Assembly: GCA_048772705.1 (NCBI GenBank)
Contig: JBLWGC010000230.1
Coordinates: forward strand, 1 to 64,000
Source: Leidyana gryllorum EB-2025a
Lineage: Eukaryota > Protista > Apicomplexa
Length of the DNA: 64,000 nt
Direction of reading: 5' to 3'
The translations under genes and the position numbers were made by a program. Of this stretch, positions 1-9,883 are shown one piece after another. Each line of letters opens with the position of its first letter. Position 1 is the stretch's first letter. The notes under the pieces are model-generated. The model had not been told where the DNA came from and did not search any database. It worked only from the letters and a program-made list of their open reading frames with translations.

Positions 1-1623
1 AATCACCGCTCCTATTGCCACGGTACTGGCATCCGTGTGCATTATAATCTCATTATTCAGGGGGTCGGGGAATCGTAGTCGCCCGGCGTTCCGCAACTCT
101 GCTTTAAGAGTCTCCAGTGCTATCGCTGACTCCCCCGTCGGGACCACCTTTTCATGTGGTTTGCTTCTGCCGTGTCCGAGTTCATATAATGGTTTCGCCG
201 TATGTGCAAAATTTTTGATAAATCTCCTATAATAATTAAACATCCCCAGAACGCTCTGTAGTTCTCTAAGTGTTGTCGGGTGCTGTATGGTACTGAGTGC
301 ATCGACCTTCGATGGTAAGGGTTTTATACCTCCTTTTCCTATAATATGTCCTATGTATTCCAGTTGGCTCTTGAAGAAGTGTGATTTGCGTCGGTGAATG
401 ATCAGGTGATTTGCTTGTAGCCGTTGAAATACTTCTTTCAGGTCTCGACGATGTTGTTCCAAGGACGGTGAAAAGATCAAAACATCATCCAGGTAAACAA
501 AGACGCATTTTCCAATTAACTCGTGGAATACCCGGTTCATCAGGCTCATGAATGTAGCGGGTGCGTTCGTAAGGCCATTGGGCATCACCGTCCACTCGTA
601 AAGCCCCCAGTGTGTCGCGAATGCGGTGTAATGTTGGTGTTCCGGCTGCATCCGAATCTGGTGGTATCCTGCTTTGAGATCGAGTGACGATAACCATTCC
701 GCTCCGCTCAGCATCTGTATTGCGTCGTCCAAGGATGGTAGTGGTGATGCTGTTTTCAAGGTGAGTGCATTCAACCGTCTGTAATCACACACTAGTCGTG
801 GCACTTCGGTGTCTTTTTTAGGTACGAACATGCATGGCGAGGACCAGCTTGACATGCTTTGAACGATCTTCCCTGTCCTAGTAAGTTCTGCAATCTGAAC
901 TCTCATCTCTTCCATGTACTTCTGTGGTACTCGGTACGGTCCGTGGACGAATGGTTGTGCTGCCTTGTCGTTGAGTGTGATTGCATGATCTATGCCTTCC
1001 CTTAGTGGTGGTAGTGGCGGTGTTTCTTCTAGCAAGTCTGCATATATGTTTATCAGTTCTGATTCCTCTTCGGGTATATCTATCGCTGTTTTCTTCGTTA
1101 TCGGGTTCACTTGAGCCATGCTCATGGTGTTGAGTATCGGGTGCTCTCGTGTCGTGCTGTGTCGGTGTTCCGTCTGCCGTGACGTCGTAATCTGCCGGGC
1201 TTCGCCTCCAATCTGGAGTCGTCTGAAGTCCGTCGTTCCAATCACCAAGCCCAATCGCGCAATCAATTTGGTTGGTATTATCACATCGAATGCTATGTCA
1301 GCTATGATTGCTGCTTCCACTATAAGAGTTTGTTCTTCATGCGTGATGATTCTGATACTGGCCACTGTGCATTCGGTTGCTGTGTGTACCGATGTTATCC
1401 ATATCGTCTCTGTTAATTTAGGTAGTTCCAATTGCTCCGCCACCTTTTTGTTGACACAAGTCACACTGGCTCCCGTGTCTATCAGAATCGTTGCTCGTCG
1501 TGATCCGCGTCTATCGTTTGGGTGTTCAATGGTCCATTGTGTGGTGAGTATGTCGCTCGGCTGCTGGCTTTCCCATTCGGTGGCGTCGTCGCCAGTGACG
1601 CCTGGGGTTCTGTAAAATCCCGG
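1..1623 (-). CDS. pol: pol of copy A (protease, RT, start of RNase H), cut by window edge
   Basis: Same sequence as 4649-6271, including DTGA and YLDD motifs. Confidence 0.93.
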
Positions 1624-2687
1624 CTAATTGTTGCGAAAACTTTGCGGGGTGGTTCGTTCCTTGATCTGTTTCGTTGACTATTGAGTGGTCTCTTGTCGTC
1701 GCGGGGTTGTGTGCATTTCCATGCGAGGTGTTCTGTGGACCCGCAGTTGAAGCATCTGCGTTGTGTGACGCATTCCGCGTGCGTGTATTGGCACCTGTGC
1801 CCGACTCTGCCACCGTTGCTTGCCTGTGTGTGTAGCACGTGTGTGCTTCTCTGTGGTACTTTGATATCTGTTGCGGCTGCGTATTGAAGCGCTCTAAGAC
1901 ACATCGATTCCAGGTCCGTTCCGATATGTGCTGACATCGCTATCCGGTCTGTCATTGGAAGCCCTTGAAGGAAGAAGTTCACTCGTGTAGAGTTTGGTAT
2001 GGAATCCGGGATTCCCAAGTTCAACGCCTTAAACTCAGTAACATATGTTGCCATCGTGCCCGTTTTCTTGATTTGCGTCATTCGTGTGAGATCGTCCTCT
2101 ATAACCGCCAGTGCATCGAATTGCATACGTAACTTCTGTGTGAAGTTGTGCCATGATCCCGTCAAGACTTCCGGGTTGCTCAGCAGCCACCGTCCGGCGA
2201 CTCCCGTGAGCATTGCGCATGCTGTTCGTACTTTTTGAGTATCGTTTTGGATTCCATATGTAAGGAATCTAGCTGAACATCCGTCCAGCCAATCACGGAC
2301 TGGCTTGCTTCCGTCAAAGTGGTCTTGTTTTCGAAGCACTTCCGTCATGACTGTGCTGTTCATTGATGGGCCTTTGTGCGCCTGTCCTTGCACTAGTTCT
2401 TCGTTGGGTTTCGATGATCTTCCCTGTTGGCCTACGACCTGTTGAATGAATTCTGTCAACACTGTTAGTTGTTCCGCCTTCGTCATCCCTTCCGTTGTAA
2501 TTGGGCTGTCCCGGTTGTGATCGAATCGCTTCGATTTGGGCGTTCCGTCAATCATCACGGTGGCTTCTGTCGTCCGTCCTCCTGGTTGTGCCGTGGGGTG
2601 CTTGATGAACGCACTGCTACCAATGTAGCCTTGCTCGGCGCTACCTGCTAGGGTCGGTTGCACTGCTCGGCCGCTTCGTAAGTCCAT
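1482..2687 (-). CDS. gag: gag of copy A with CCHC zinc knuckle
   Basis: CFNCGSTEHLAWKC knuckle and capsid-like core. Likely ATG at 2687 (MDLRSGR); alternative ATG at 2747; frame open up to 2888. Confidence 0.9.
   Translation of the reverse strand: MDLRSGRAVQPTLAGSAEQGYIGSSAFIKHPTAQPGGRTTEATVMIDGTPKSKRFDHNRDSPITTEGMTKAEQLTVLTEFIQQVVGQQGRSSKPNEELVQGQAHKGPSMNSTVMTEVLRKQDHFDGSKPVRDWLDGCSARFLTYGIQNDTQKVRTACAMLTGVAGRWLLSNPEVLTGSWHNFTQKLRMQFDALAVIEDDLTRMTQIKKTGTMATYVTEFKALNLGIPDSIPNSTRVNFFLQGLPMTDRIAMSAHIGTDLESMCLRALQYAAATDIKVPQRSTHVLHTQASNGGRVGHRCQYTHAECVTQRRCFNCGSTEHLAWKCTQPRDDKRPLNSQRNRSRNEPPRKVFATISRDFTEPQASLATTPPNGKASSRATYSPHNGPLNTQTIDADHDEQRF
2610..2622 (-). promoter_or_regulatory. Primer-binding site, initiator tRNA-Met type (also 7258-7270, 14281-14293)
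   Basis: TGGTAGCAGTGCG lies 1 nt after the LTR-terminal CA. TGGTAGCAG complements the ...CUGCUACCA 3' end typical of eukaryotic tRNA-iMet. Confidence 0.8.
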
Positions 2688-2784
2688 CTGTTTTTGTTCT
2701 AGTCTAAGTTCGTGCGTGTGTCTAAAAACTCGTGTCTGTGTCTCCATGCCGGTCCGTGCCGGTCTCCCCGGAGACACGCTTACA
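2624..2784 (-). repeat. LTR 1 (161 bp), shared by copies A and B
   Basis: Begins TGTAAG directly after the PPT and ends GGCTACA directly before the PBS; TGTA/TACA inverted termini. Confidence 0.88.
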
Positions 2785-5700
2785 CCCCTCCCTCTTCCCC
2801 TAGACTGAACGGGTTCCGTGGATATTTGTTGTTCCACTTGTGTTTGAATTCGGTTATCAAGTCCGCACCGTCTGCATCCAGTACTGTTTCAGCTGTCTCC
2901 CAACTCTCGTCTTGATATCCCACCCATCGGACTCTGTAGTACAATTGGTTGCCCTCCTGTTTCCATCCCACAATGTCCTGCATGATGTAGAGAGTCTCTT
3001 CTTCGTTTGGCGTAGTGTCCGTCTCGTCTCGCGCTGAGTTGGTTTCGCCTTGTCGTGGGTACCACTTTTCCAGTCGTGACGAGTGGAATTTTGGGTACAT
3101 TCCCCATGAGTCTGGCAGATCTAGCTTGTATGTGTCGCATCCACAGCTTTCCAGTATTGTAAATGGCCCGCAGAAAGGTAGGGCGAGTTTATTGGTGGGT
3201 ACGTGGCTCAACTGTTTCGTGCTCAGGAGCACTTGCTCTCCTGGCTGAAACGTTATTGGTTTCCTCTTCTTGTTCGCTTGTTCTTCTTGCTGTCGAATTG
3301 CCTCGTTCAATCGGTCGTGTGCTTCCTGTAACTTTTGGAGGTATACTCTGCCAAAGGTGCTCCTGGTTCCTGCAATGTCAGTGAGGTTGGTAGGTATGAA
3401 AGTGACTCTGCCTGTATCTAATTCCAGTGGTGTAGCGTTCGTTGATTTCTGTACCGATGCGTTGTAAGCCATCTCCGTGGCTGTGAGGTGGTCCACCCAC
3501 GATCCTTGATGTCCATTGAGTGTACACCGCAAAATCTGCAGTATTGAGCGATTCGCCCTTTCTACCAATCCGTTGGATTGTGGGTGGTATGCAGTGGTCA
3601 TGGCTAAGTTGATGCCCAGTGCTTGCATGGTCTCCTTCCATATTCCTGCTGTGAACCGCGCATCTCTGTCGGAAACTATTTTCTGGGGTACTCCATGTAC
3701 TTGGACGATATTCCGTAGGAATAGCTGTGCCGCTTCCGCGGCTGTGATGTCTTTCCGGCAGGCTATCAGTCTGATGCGGCGAGTTAAGCGGTCCACTACT
3801 ACCATTACGTAGTTGTATCCTGTTTGTCCATCTGTTGTCAGCTCTAGGAAGTCGATTCCTATTTCCGTCCAAGGCAAGATTGGGTTGCTCAAAGGGTTCA
3901 GTAGTCCATGGGGCCGATGGTTTCTCCTTTTTGCTCTTTGGCAAACCGTACAACTCTTGCAGTACGCCAGTACATCTGCCAACAAGCCTCTCCATGTGAA
4001 CAATGCTTTTATTCTCCCTGCCGTCTTCTCCGGTCCTAAATGACCCGCAATTCGACTGTCATGGTTGTCGCTTATGATCCGCCGTATAAGTGCTTCGTCC
4101 GATGGCACTTCAATCGTTCCTTGTCCCGTGACGGGTAATCCTTGTATCCATTCGATCCGCTCGTTCCTTCCTGCTTCTGTGGTTCGCGTTCTCCATGCGT
4201 CTCGCAGTGCCGTTTCTATATCCTCCCTCTCTTCCTCTATCGTTTGTTGGTTCCCTCGCTCTTCTTCTCCGCTCTCATTCTGATCGCCCTGGTAAACGTT
4301 ATAGCAATTTTCGACTCGTGGATTATCCAGCTTTCTTGGCCGGCTAAGGAGGTCCGCTATAATGTTCTTGCTCCCACGGATGTATTCGATTTCCACGTCT
4401 AGTTCGGCCAAAGTTATCATCCATCTTACCTGTCGGTCCGACAAGTGTGGTTGTTTTAACAGGTGCGTTAGAGGTTTGTGGTCGCTGCATATTAGGGTGT
4501 GTCTTCCCACGAGGAGATGTCTCCAATGCCTGCATGCTGCTACAATGGCGAGCAGTTCTCGTTCATGAGTGGCATATCTTCTTTGTTGTTCTGTGAGCGT
4601 TTGTGAGTAGAATTCGATTGGGCATAAGCCATCTGAGGTTCGTTGTTGAATCACCGCTCCTATTGCCACGGTACTGGCATCCGTGTGCATTATAATCTCA
4701 TTATTCAGGGGGTCGGGGAATCGTAGTCGCCCGGCGTTCCGCAACTCTGCTTTAAGAGTCTCCAGTGCTATCGCTGACTCCCCCGTCGGGACCACCTTTT
4801 CATGTGGTTTGCTTCTGCCGTGTCCGAGTTCATATAATGGTTTCGCCGTATGTGCAAAATTTTTGATAAATCTCCTATAATAATTAAACATCCCCAGAAC
4901 GCTCTGTAGTTCTCTAAGTGTTGTCGGGTGCTGTATGGTACTGAGTGCATCGACCTTCGATGGTAAGGGTTTTATACCTCCTTTTCCTATAATATGTCCT
5001 ATGTATTCCAGTTGGCTCTTGAAGAAGTGTGATTTGCGTCGGTGAATGATCAGGTGATTTGCTTGTAGCCGTTGAAATACTTCTTTCAGGTCTCGACGAT
5101 GTTGTTCCAAGGACGGTGAAAAGATCAAAACATCATCCAGGTAAACAAAGACGCATTTTCCAATTAACTCGTGGAATACCCGGTTCATCAGGCTCATGAA
5201 TGTAGCGGGTGCGTTCGTAAGGCCATTGGGCATCACCGTCCACTCGTAAAGCCCCCAGTGTGTCGCGAATGCGGTGTAATGTTGGTGTTCCGGCTGCATC
5301 CGAATCTGGTGGTATCCTGCTTTGAGATCGAGTGACGATAACCATTCCGCTCCGCTCAGCATCTGTATTGCGTCGTCCAAGGATGGTAGTGGTGATGCTG
5401 TTTTCAAGGTGAGTGCATTCAACCGTCTGTAATCACACACTAGTCGTGGCACTTCGGTGTCTTTTTTAGGTACGAACATGCATGGCGAGGACCAGCTTGA
5501 CATGCTTTGAACGATCTTCCCTGTCCTAGTAAGTTCTGCAATCTGAACTCTCATCTCTTCCATGTACTTCTGTGGTACTCGGTACGGTCCGTGGACGAAT
5601 GGTTGTGCTGCCTTGTCGTTGAGTGTGATTGCATGATCTATGCCTTCCCTTAGTGGTGGTAGTGGCGGTGTTTCTTCTAGCAAGTCTGCATATATGTTTA

Positions 5701-6271
5701 TCAGTTCTGATTCCTCTTCGGGTATATCTATCGCTGTTTTCTTCGTTATCGGGTTCACTTGAGCCATGCTCATGGTGTTGAGTATCGGGTGCTCTCGTGT
5801 CGTGCTGTGTCGGTGTTCCGTCTGCCGTGACGTCGTAATCTGCCGGGCTTCGCCTCCAATCTGGAGTCGTCTGAAGTCCGTCGTTCCAATCACCAAGCCC
5901 AATCGCGCAATCAATTTGGTTGGTATTATCACATCGAATGCTATGTCAGCTATGATTGCTGCTTCCACTATAAGAGTTTGTTCTTCATGCGTGATGATTC
6001 TGATACTGGCCACTGTGCATTCGGTTGCTGTGTGTACCGATGTTATCCATATCGTCTCTGTTAATTTAGGTAGTTCCAATTGCTCCGCCACCTTTTTGTT
6101 GACACAAGTCACACTGGCTCCCGTGTCTATCAGAATCGTTGCTCGTCGTGATCCGCGTCTATCGTTTGGGTGTTCAATGGTCCATTGTGTGGTGAGTATG
6201 TCGCTCGGCTGCTGGCTTTCCCATTCGGTGGCGTCGTCGCCAGTGACGCCTGGGGTTCTGTAAAATCCCGG
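2780..6271 (-). CDS. pol: Intact pol of copy B: aspartic protease, RT, RNase H, integrase, GPY/F, chromodomain
   Basis: ILIDTGAS (upstream of the ORF-track start at 6112), DYRRLN, LDLKAGYHQI, VYLDDVL, TDAS, ERELLA, DHKPL, H..GH..CTVC, IDF/SDRD/VERAN, GPF, YRVRWVGYQDESWE. Frame opens after the TAG at 6272-6274. Confidence 0.97.
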   Translation of the reverse strand, partial: PGFYRTPGVTGDDATEWESQQPSDILTTQWTIEHPNDRRGSRRATILIDTGASVTCVNKKVAEQLELPKLTETIWITSVHTATECTVASIRIITHEEQTLIVEAAIIADIAFDVIIPTKLIARLGLVIGTTDFRRLQIGGEARQITTSRQTEHRHSTTREHPILNTMSMAQVNPITKKTAIDIPEEESELINIYADLLEETPPLPPLREGIDHAITLNDKAAQPFVHGPYRVPQKYMEEMRVQIAELTRTGKIVQSMSSWSSPCMFVPKKDTEVPRLVCDYRRLNALTLKTASPLPSLDDAIQMLSGAEWLSSLDLKAGYHQIRMQPEHQHYTAFATHWGLYEWTVMPNGLTNAPATFMSLMNRVFHELIGKCVFVYLDDVLIFSPSLEQHRRDLKEVFQRLQANHLIIHRRKSHFFKSQLEYIGHIIGKGGIKPLPSKVDALSTIQHPTTLRELQSVLGMFNYYRRFIKNFAHTAKPLYELGHGRSKPHEKVVPTGESAIALETLKAELRNAGRLRFPDPLNNEIIMHTDASTVAIGAVIQQRTSDGLCPIEFYSQTLTEQQRRYATHERELLAIVAACRHWRHLLVGRHTLICSDHKPLTHLLKQPHLSDRQVRWMITLAELDVEIEYIRGSKNIIADLLSRPRKLDNPRVENCYNVYQGDQNESGEEERGNQQTIEEEREDIETALRDAWRTRTTEAGRNERIEWIQGLPVTGQGTIEVPSDEALIRRIISDNHDSRIAGHLGPEKTAGRIKALFTWRGLLADVLAYCKSCTVCQRAKRRNHRPHGLLNPLSNPILPWTEIGIDFLELTTDGQTGYNYVMVVVDRLTRRIRLIACRKDITAAEAAQLFLRNIVQVHGVPQKIVSDRDARFTAGIWKETMQALGINLAMTTAYHPQSNGLVERANRSILQILRCTLNGHQGSWVDHLTATEMAYNASVQKSTNATPLELDTGRVTFIPTNLTDIAGTRSTFGRVYLQKLQEAHDRLNEAIRQQEEQANKKRKPITFQPGEQVLLSTKQLSHVPTNKLALPFCGPFTILESCGCDTYKLDLPDSWGMYPKFHSSRLEKWYPRQGETNSARDETDTTPNEEETLYIMQDIVGWKQEGNQLYYRVRWVGYQDESWETAETVLDADGADLITEFKHKWNNKYPRNPFSLGEEGGV
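2785..2801 (-). promoter_or_regulatory. Polypurine tract (also 7433-7449, 14456-14472, 16385-16401)
   Basis: AGGGGAAGAGGGAGGGG immediately 5' of the LTR TG. Confidence 0.88.
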
Positions 6272-7335
6272 CTAATTGTTGCGAAAACTTTGCGGGGTGG
6301 TTCGTTCCTTGATCTGTTTCGTTGACTATTGAGTGGTCTCTTGTCGTCGCGGGGTTGTGTGCATTTCCATGCGAGGTGTTCTGTGGACCCGCAGTTGAAG
6401 CATCTGCGTTGTGTGACGCATTCCGCGTGCGTGTATTGGCACCTGTGCCCGACTCTGCCACCGTTGCTTGCCTGTGTGTGTAGCACGTGTGTGCTTCTCT
6501 GTGGTACTTTGATATCTGTTGCGGCTGCGTATTGAAGCGCTCTAAGACACATCGATTCCAGGTCCGTTCCGATATGTGCTGACATCGCTATCCGGTCTGT
6601 CATTGGAAGCCCTTGAAGGAAGAAGTTCACTCGTGTAGAGTTTGGTATGGAATCCGGGATTCCCAAGTTCAACGCCTTAAACTCAGTAACATATGTTGCC
6701 ATCGTGCCCGTTTTCTTGATTTGCGTCATTCGTGTGAGATCGTCCTCTATAACCGCCAGTGCATCGAATTGCATACGTAACTTCTGTGTGAAGTTGTGCC
6801 ATGATCCCGTCAAGACTTCCGGGTTGCTCAGCAGCCACCGTCCGGCGACTCCCGTGAGCATTGCGCATGCTGTTCGTACTTTTTGAGTATCGTTTTGGAT
6901 TCCATATGTAAGGAATCTAGCTGAACATCCGTCCAGCCAATCACGGACTGGCTTGCTTCCGTCAAAGTGGTCTTGTTTTCGAAGCACTTCCGTCATGACT
7001 GTGCTGTTCATTGATGGGCCTTTGTGCGCCTGTCCTTGCACTAGTTCTTCGTTGGGTTTCGATGATCTTCCCTGTTGGCCTACGACCTGTTGAATGAATT
7101 CTGTCAACACTGTTAGTTGTTCCGCCTTCGTCATCCCTTCCGTTGTAATTGGGCTGTCCCGGTTGTGATCGAATCGCTTCGATTTGGGCGTTCCGTCAAT
7201 CATCACGGTGGCTTCTGTCGTCCGTCCTCCTGGTTGTGCCGTGGGGTGCTTGATGAACGCACTGCTACCAATGTAGCCTTGCTCGGCGCTACCTGCTAGG
7301 GTCGGTTGCACTGCTCGGCCGCTTCGTAAGTCCAT
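6130..7335 (-). CDS. gag: Intact gag of copy B
   Basis: Identical to copy A gag. Confidence 0.9.
   Translation of the reverse strand: MDLRSGRAVQPTLAGSAEQGYIGSSAFIKHPTAQPGGRTTEATVMIDGTPKSKRFDHNRDSPITTEGMTKAEQLTVLTEFIQQVVGQQGRSSKPNEELVQGQAHKGPSMNSTVMTEVLRKQDHFDGSKPVRDWLDGCSARFLTYGIQNDTQKVRTACAMLTGVAGRWLLSNPEVLTGSWHNFTQKLRMQFDALAVIEDDLTRMTQIKKTGTMATYVTEFKALNLGIPDSIPNSTRVNFFLQGLPMTDRIAMSAHIGTDLESMCLRALQYAAATDIKVPQRSTHVLHTQASNGGRVGHRCQYTHAECVTQRRCFNCGSTEHLAWKCTQPRDDKRPLNSQRNRSRNEPPRKVFATISRDFTEPQASLATTPPNGKASSRATYSPHNGPLNTQTIDADHDEQRF
6212..6268 (-). promoter_or_regulatory. Predicted -1 ribosomal frameshift signal (slippery sites also at 1614-1620, 13284-13290, 19862-19868)
   Basis: G GAT TTT in gag phase at 6262-6268, just after the last stop in the pol frame. 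Downstream GGCGTC/GACGCC stem with CTGGC/GCCAG second pairing. Confidence 0.75.
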
Positions 7336-7432
7336 CTGTTTTTGTTCTAGTCTAAGTTCGTGCGTGTGTCTAAAAACTCGTGTCTGTGTCTCCATGCCGG
7401 TCCGTGCCGGTCTCCCCGGAGACACGCTTACA
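7272..7432 (-). repeat. LTR 2 (161 bp)
   Basis: Identical to LTR 1, with PBS and PPT on either side. Confidence 0.88.
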
Positions 7433-9232
7433 CCCCTCCCTCTTCCCCTAGACTGAACGGGTTCCGTGGATATTTGTTGTTCCACTTGTGTTTGAATTCG
7501 GTTATCAAGTCCGCACCGTCTGCATCCAGTACTGTTTCAGCTGTCTCCCAACTCTCGTCTTGATATCCCACCCATCGGACTCTGTAGTACAATTGGTTGC
7601 CCTCCTGTTTCCATCCCACAATGTCCTGCATGATGTAGAGAGTCTCTTCTTCGTTTGGCGTAGTGTCCGTCTCGTCTCGCGCTGAGTTGGTTTCGCCTTG
7701 TCGTGGGTACCACTTTTCCAGTCGTGACGAGTGGAATTTTGGGTACATTCCCCATGAGTCTGGCAGATCTAGCTTGTATGTGTCGCATCCACAGCTTTCC
7801 AGTATTGTAAATGGCCCGCAGAAAGGTAGGGCGAGTTTATTGGTGGGTACGTGGCTCAACTGTTTCGTGCTCAGGAGCACTTGCTCTCCTGGCTGAAACG
7901 TTATTGGTTTCCTCTTCTTGTTCGCTTGTTCTTCTTGCTGTCGAATTGCCTCGTTCAATCGGTCGTGTGCTTCCTGTAACTTTTGGAGGTATACTCTGCC
8001 AAAGGTGCTCCTGGTTCCTGCAATGTCAGTGAGGTTGGTAGGTATGAAAGTGACTCTGCCTGTATCTAATTCCAGTGGTGTAGCGTTCGTTGATTTCTGT
8101 ACCGATGCGTTGTAAGCCATCTCCGTGGCTGTGAGGTGGTCCACCCACGATCCTTGATGTCCATTGAGTGTACACCGCAAAATCTGCAGTATTGAGCGAT
8201 TCGCCCTTTCTACCAATCCGTTGGATTGTGGGTGGTATGCAGTGGTCATGGCTAAGTTGATGCCCAGTGCTTGCATGGTCTCCTTCCATATTCCTGCTGT
8301 GAACCGCGCATCTCTGTCGGAAACTATTTTCTGGGGTACTCCATGTACTTGGACGATATTCCGTAGGAATAGCTGTGCCGCTTCCGCGGCTGTGATGTCT
8401 TTCCGGCAGGCTATCAGTCTGATGCGGCGAGTTAAGCGGTCCACTACTACCATTACGTAGTTGTATCCTGTTTGTCCATCTGTTGTCAGCTCTAGGAAGT
8501 CGATTCCTATTTCCGTCCAAGGCAAGATTGGGTTGCTCAAAGGGTTCAGTAGTCCATGGGGCCGATGGTTTCTCCTTTTTGCTCTTTGGCAAACCGTACA
8601 ACTCTTGCAGTACGCCAGTACATCTGCCAACAAGCCTCTCCATGTGAACAATGCTTTTATTCTCCCTGCCGTCTTCTCCGGTCCTAAATGACCCGCAATT
8701 CGACTGTCATGGTTGTCGCTTATGATCCGCCGTATAAGTGCTTCGTCCGATGGCACTTCAATCGTTCCTTGTCCCGTGACGGGTAATCCTTGTATCCATT
8801 CGATCCGCTCGTTCCTTCCTGCTTCTGTGGTTCGCGTTCTCCATGCGTCTCGCAGTGCCGTTTCTATATCCTCCCTCTCTTCCTCTATCGTTTGTTGGTT
8901 CCCTCGCTCTTCTTCTCCGCTCTCATTCTGATCGCCCTGGTAAACGTTATAGCAATTTTCGACTCGTGGATTATCCAGCTTTCTTGGCCGGCTAAGGAGG
9001 TCCGCTATAATGTTCTTGCTCCCACGGATGTATTCGATTTCCACGTCTAGTTCGGCCAAAGTTATCATCCATCTTACCTGTCGGTCCGACAAGTGTGGTT
9101 GTTTTAACAGGTGCGTTAGAGGTTTGTGGTCGCTGCATATTAGGGTGTGTCTTCCCACGAGGAGATGTCTCCAATGCCTGCATGCTGCTACATTGGCGAG
9201 CAGTTCTCGTTCATGAGTGGCATATCTTCTTT
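7428..9232 (-). pseudogene. pol: Copy C: 3' part of pol only (RNase H C-terminus, IN, chromodomain)
   Basis: Matches copy B until about 9190-9255, then becomes mosaic with inverted gag. Confidence 0.85.
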
Positions 9233-9881
9233 GCACAACCAGTGAGCGTTTGTGACGACAGAAGCCACCGTGATGATTGACGGAACGCCCAAATCTGAAG
9301 CGATTCGATGTTGAACCGGGACAGCCCAATTACAACGGAAGGGATGACGAAGGCGGAACAACTAACAGTGTTGACAGAATTCATTCAACAGGTCGTAGGC
9401 CAACAGGGAAGATCATCGAAACCCAACGAAGAACTAGTGCAAGGACAGGCGCACAAAGGCCCATCAATGAACAGCACAGTCATGACGGAAGTGCTTCGAA
9501 AACAAGACCACTTTGACGTAAGCAAGCCAGTCCGTGATTGGCTGGACGGATGTTCTAGCTAGAGTTCTTACATATGGAATCCAAAACGATACTCAAAAAG
9601 TACGAACAGCATGCGCAATGCTCACGGGAGTCGCCGGACGGTGGCTGCTGAGCAACCCGGAAGTCTTGACGGGATCATGGCACAACTTCACACAGAAGTT
9701 ACGTATGCAATTCGATGCACTGGCGGTTATAGAGGACGATCTCACACGAATGACGCAAATCAAGAAAACGGGTTCACGATGGCAACATATGTTACTGAGT
9801 TTAAGGCGTTGAACTTGGGAATGATTCCATACCAAACTCTACACGAGTGAACTTCTTCCTTCAAGGGCTTCCAATGACAGA
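9233..9881 (+). pseudogene. gag: Inverted, indel-containing gag fragment
   Basis: Plus-strand ORFs reproduce gag peptides (NRDSPITTEG, GIQNDTQKV, NFFLQGLPMT) in shifting frames. Confidence 0.85.
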
Positions 9882-9883
9882 AT

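Noticed and set aside
2624-2837. Reading the array as an LTR-less element or a pararetrovirus-like circle
   Set aside because: PPT-TG...CA-PBS defines a real 161-bp LTR, and a full DDE integrase is present
2780-2888. A second -1 frameshift fusing Pol to the next Gag as an endless polyprotein
   Set aside because: The frames overlap, but I found no convincing slippery heptamer in pol phase
4221-4238. Central polypurine tract (18 purines on the sense strand)
   Set aside because: Explained by Glu/Arg codons of the acidic linker; no other support
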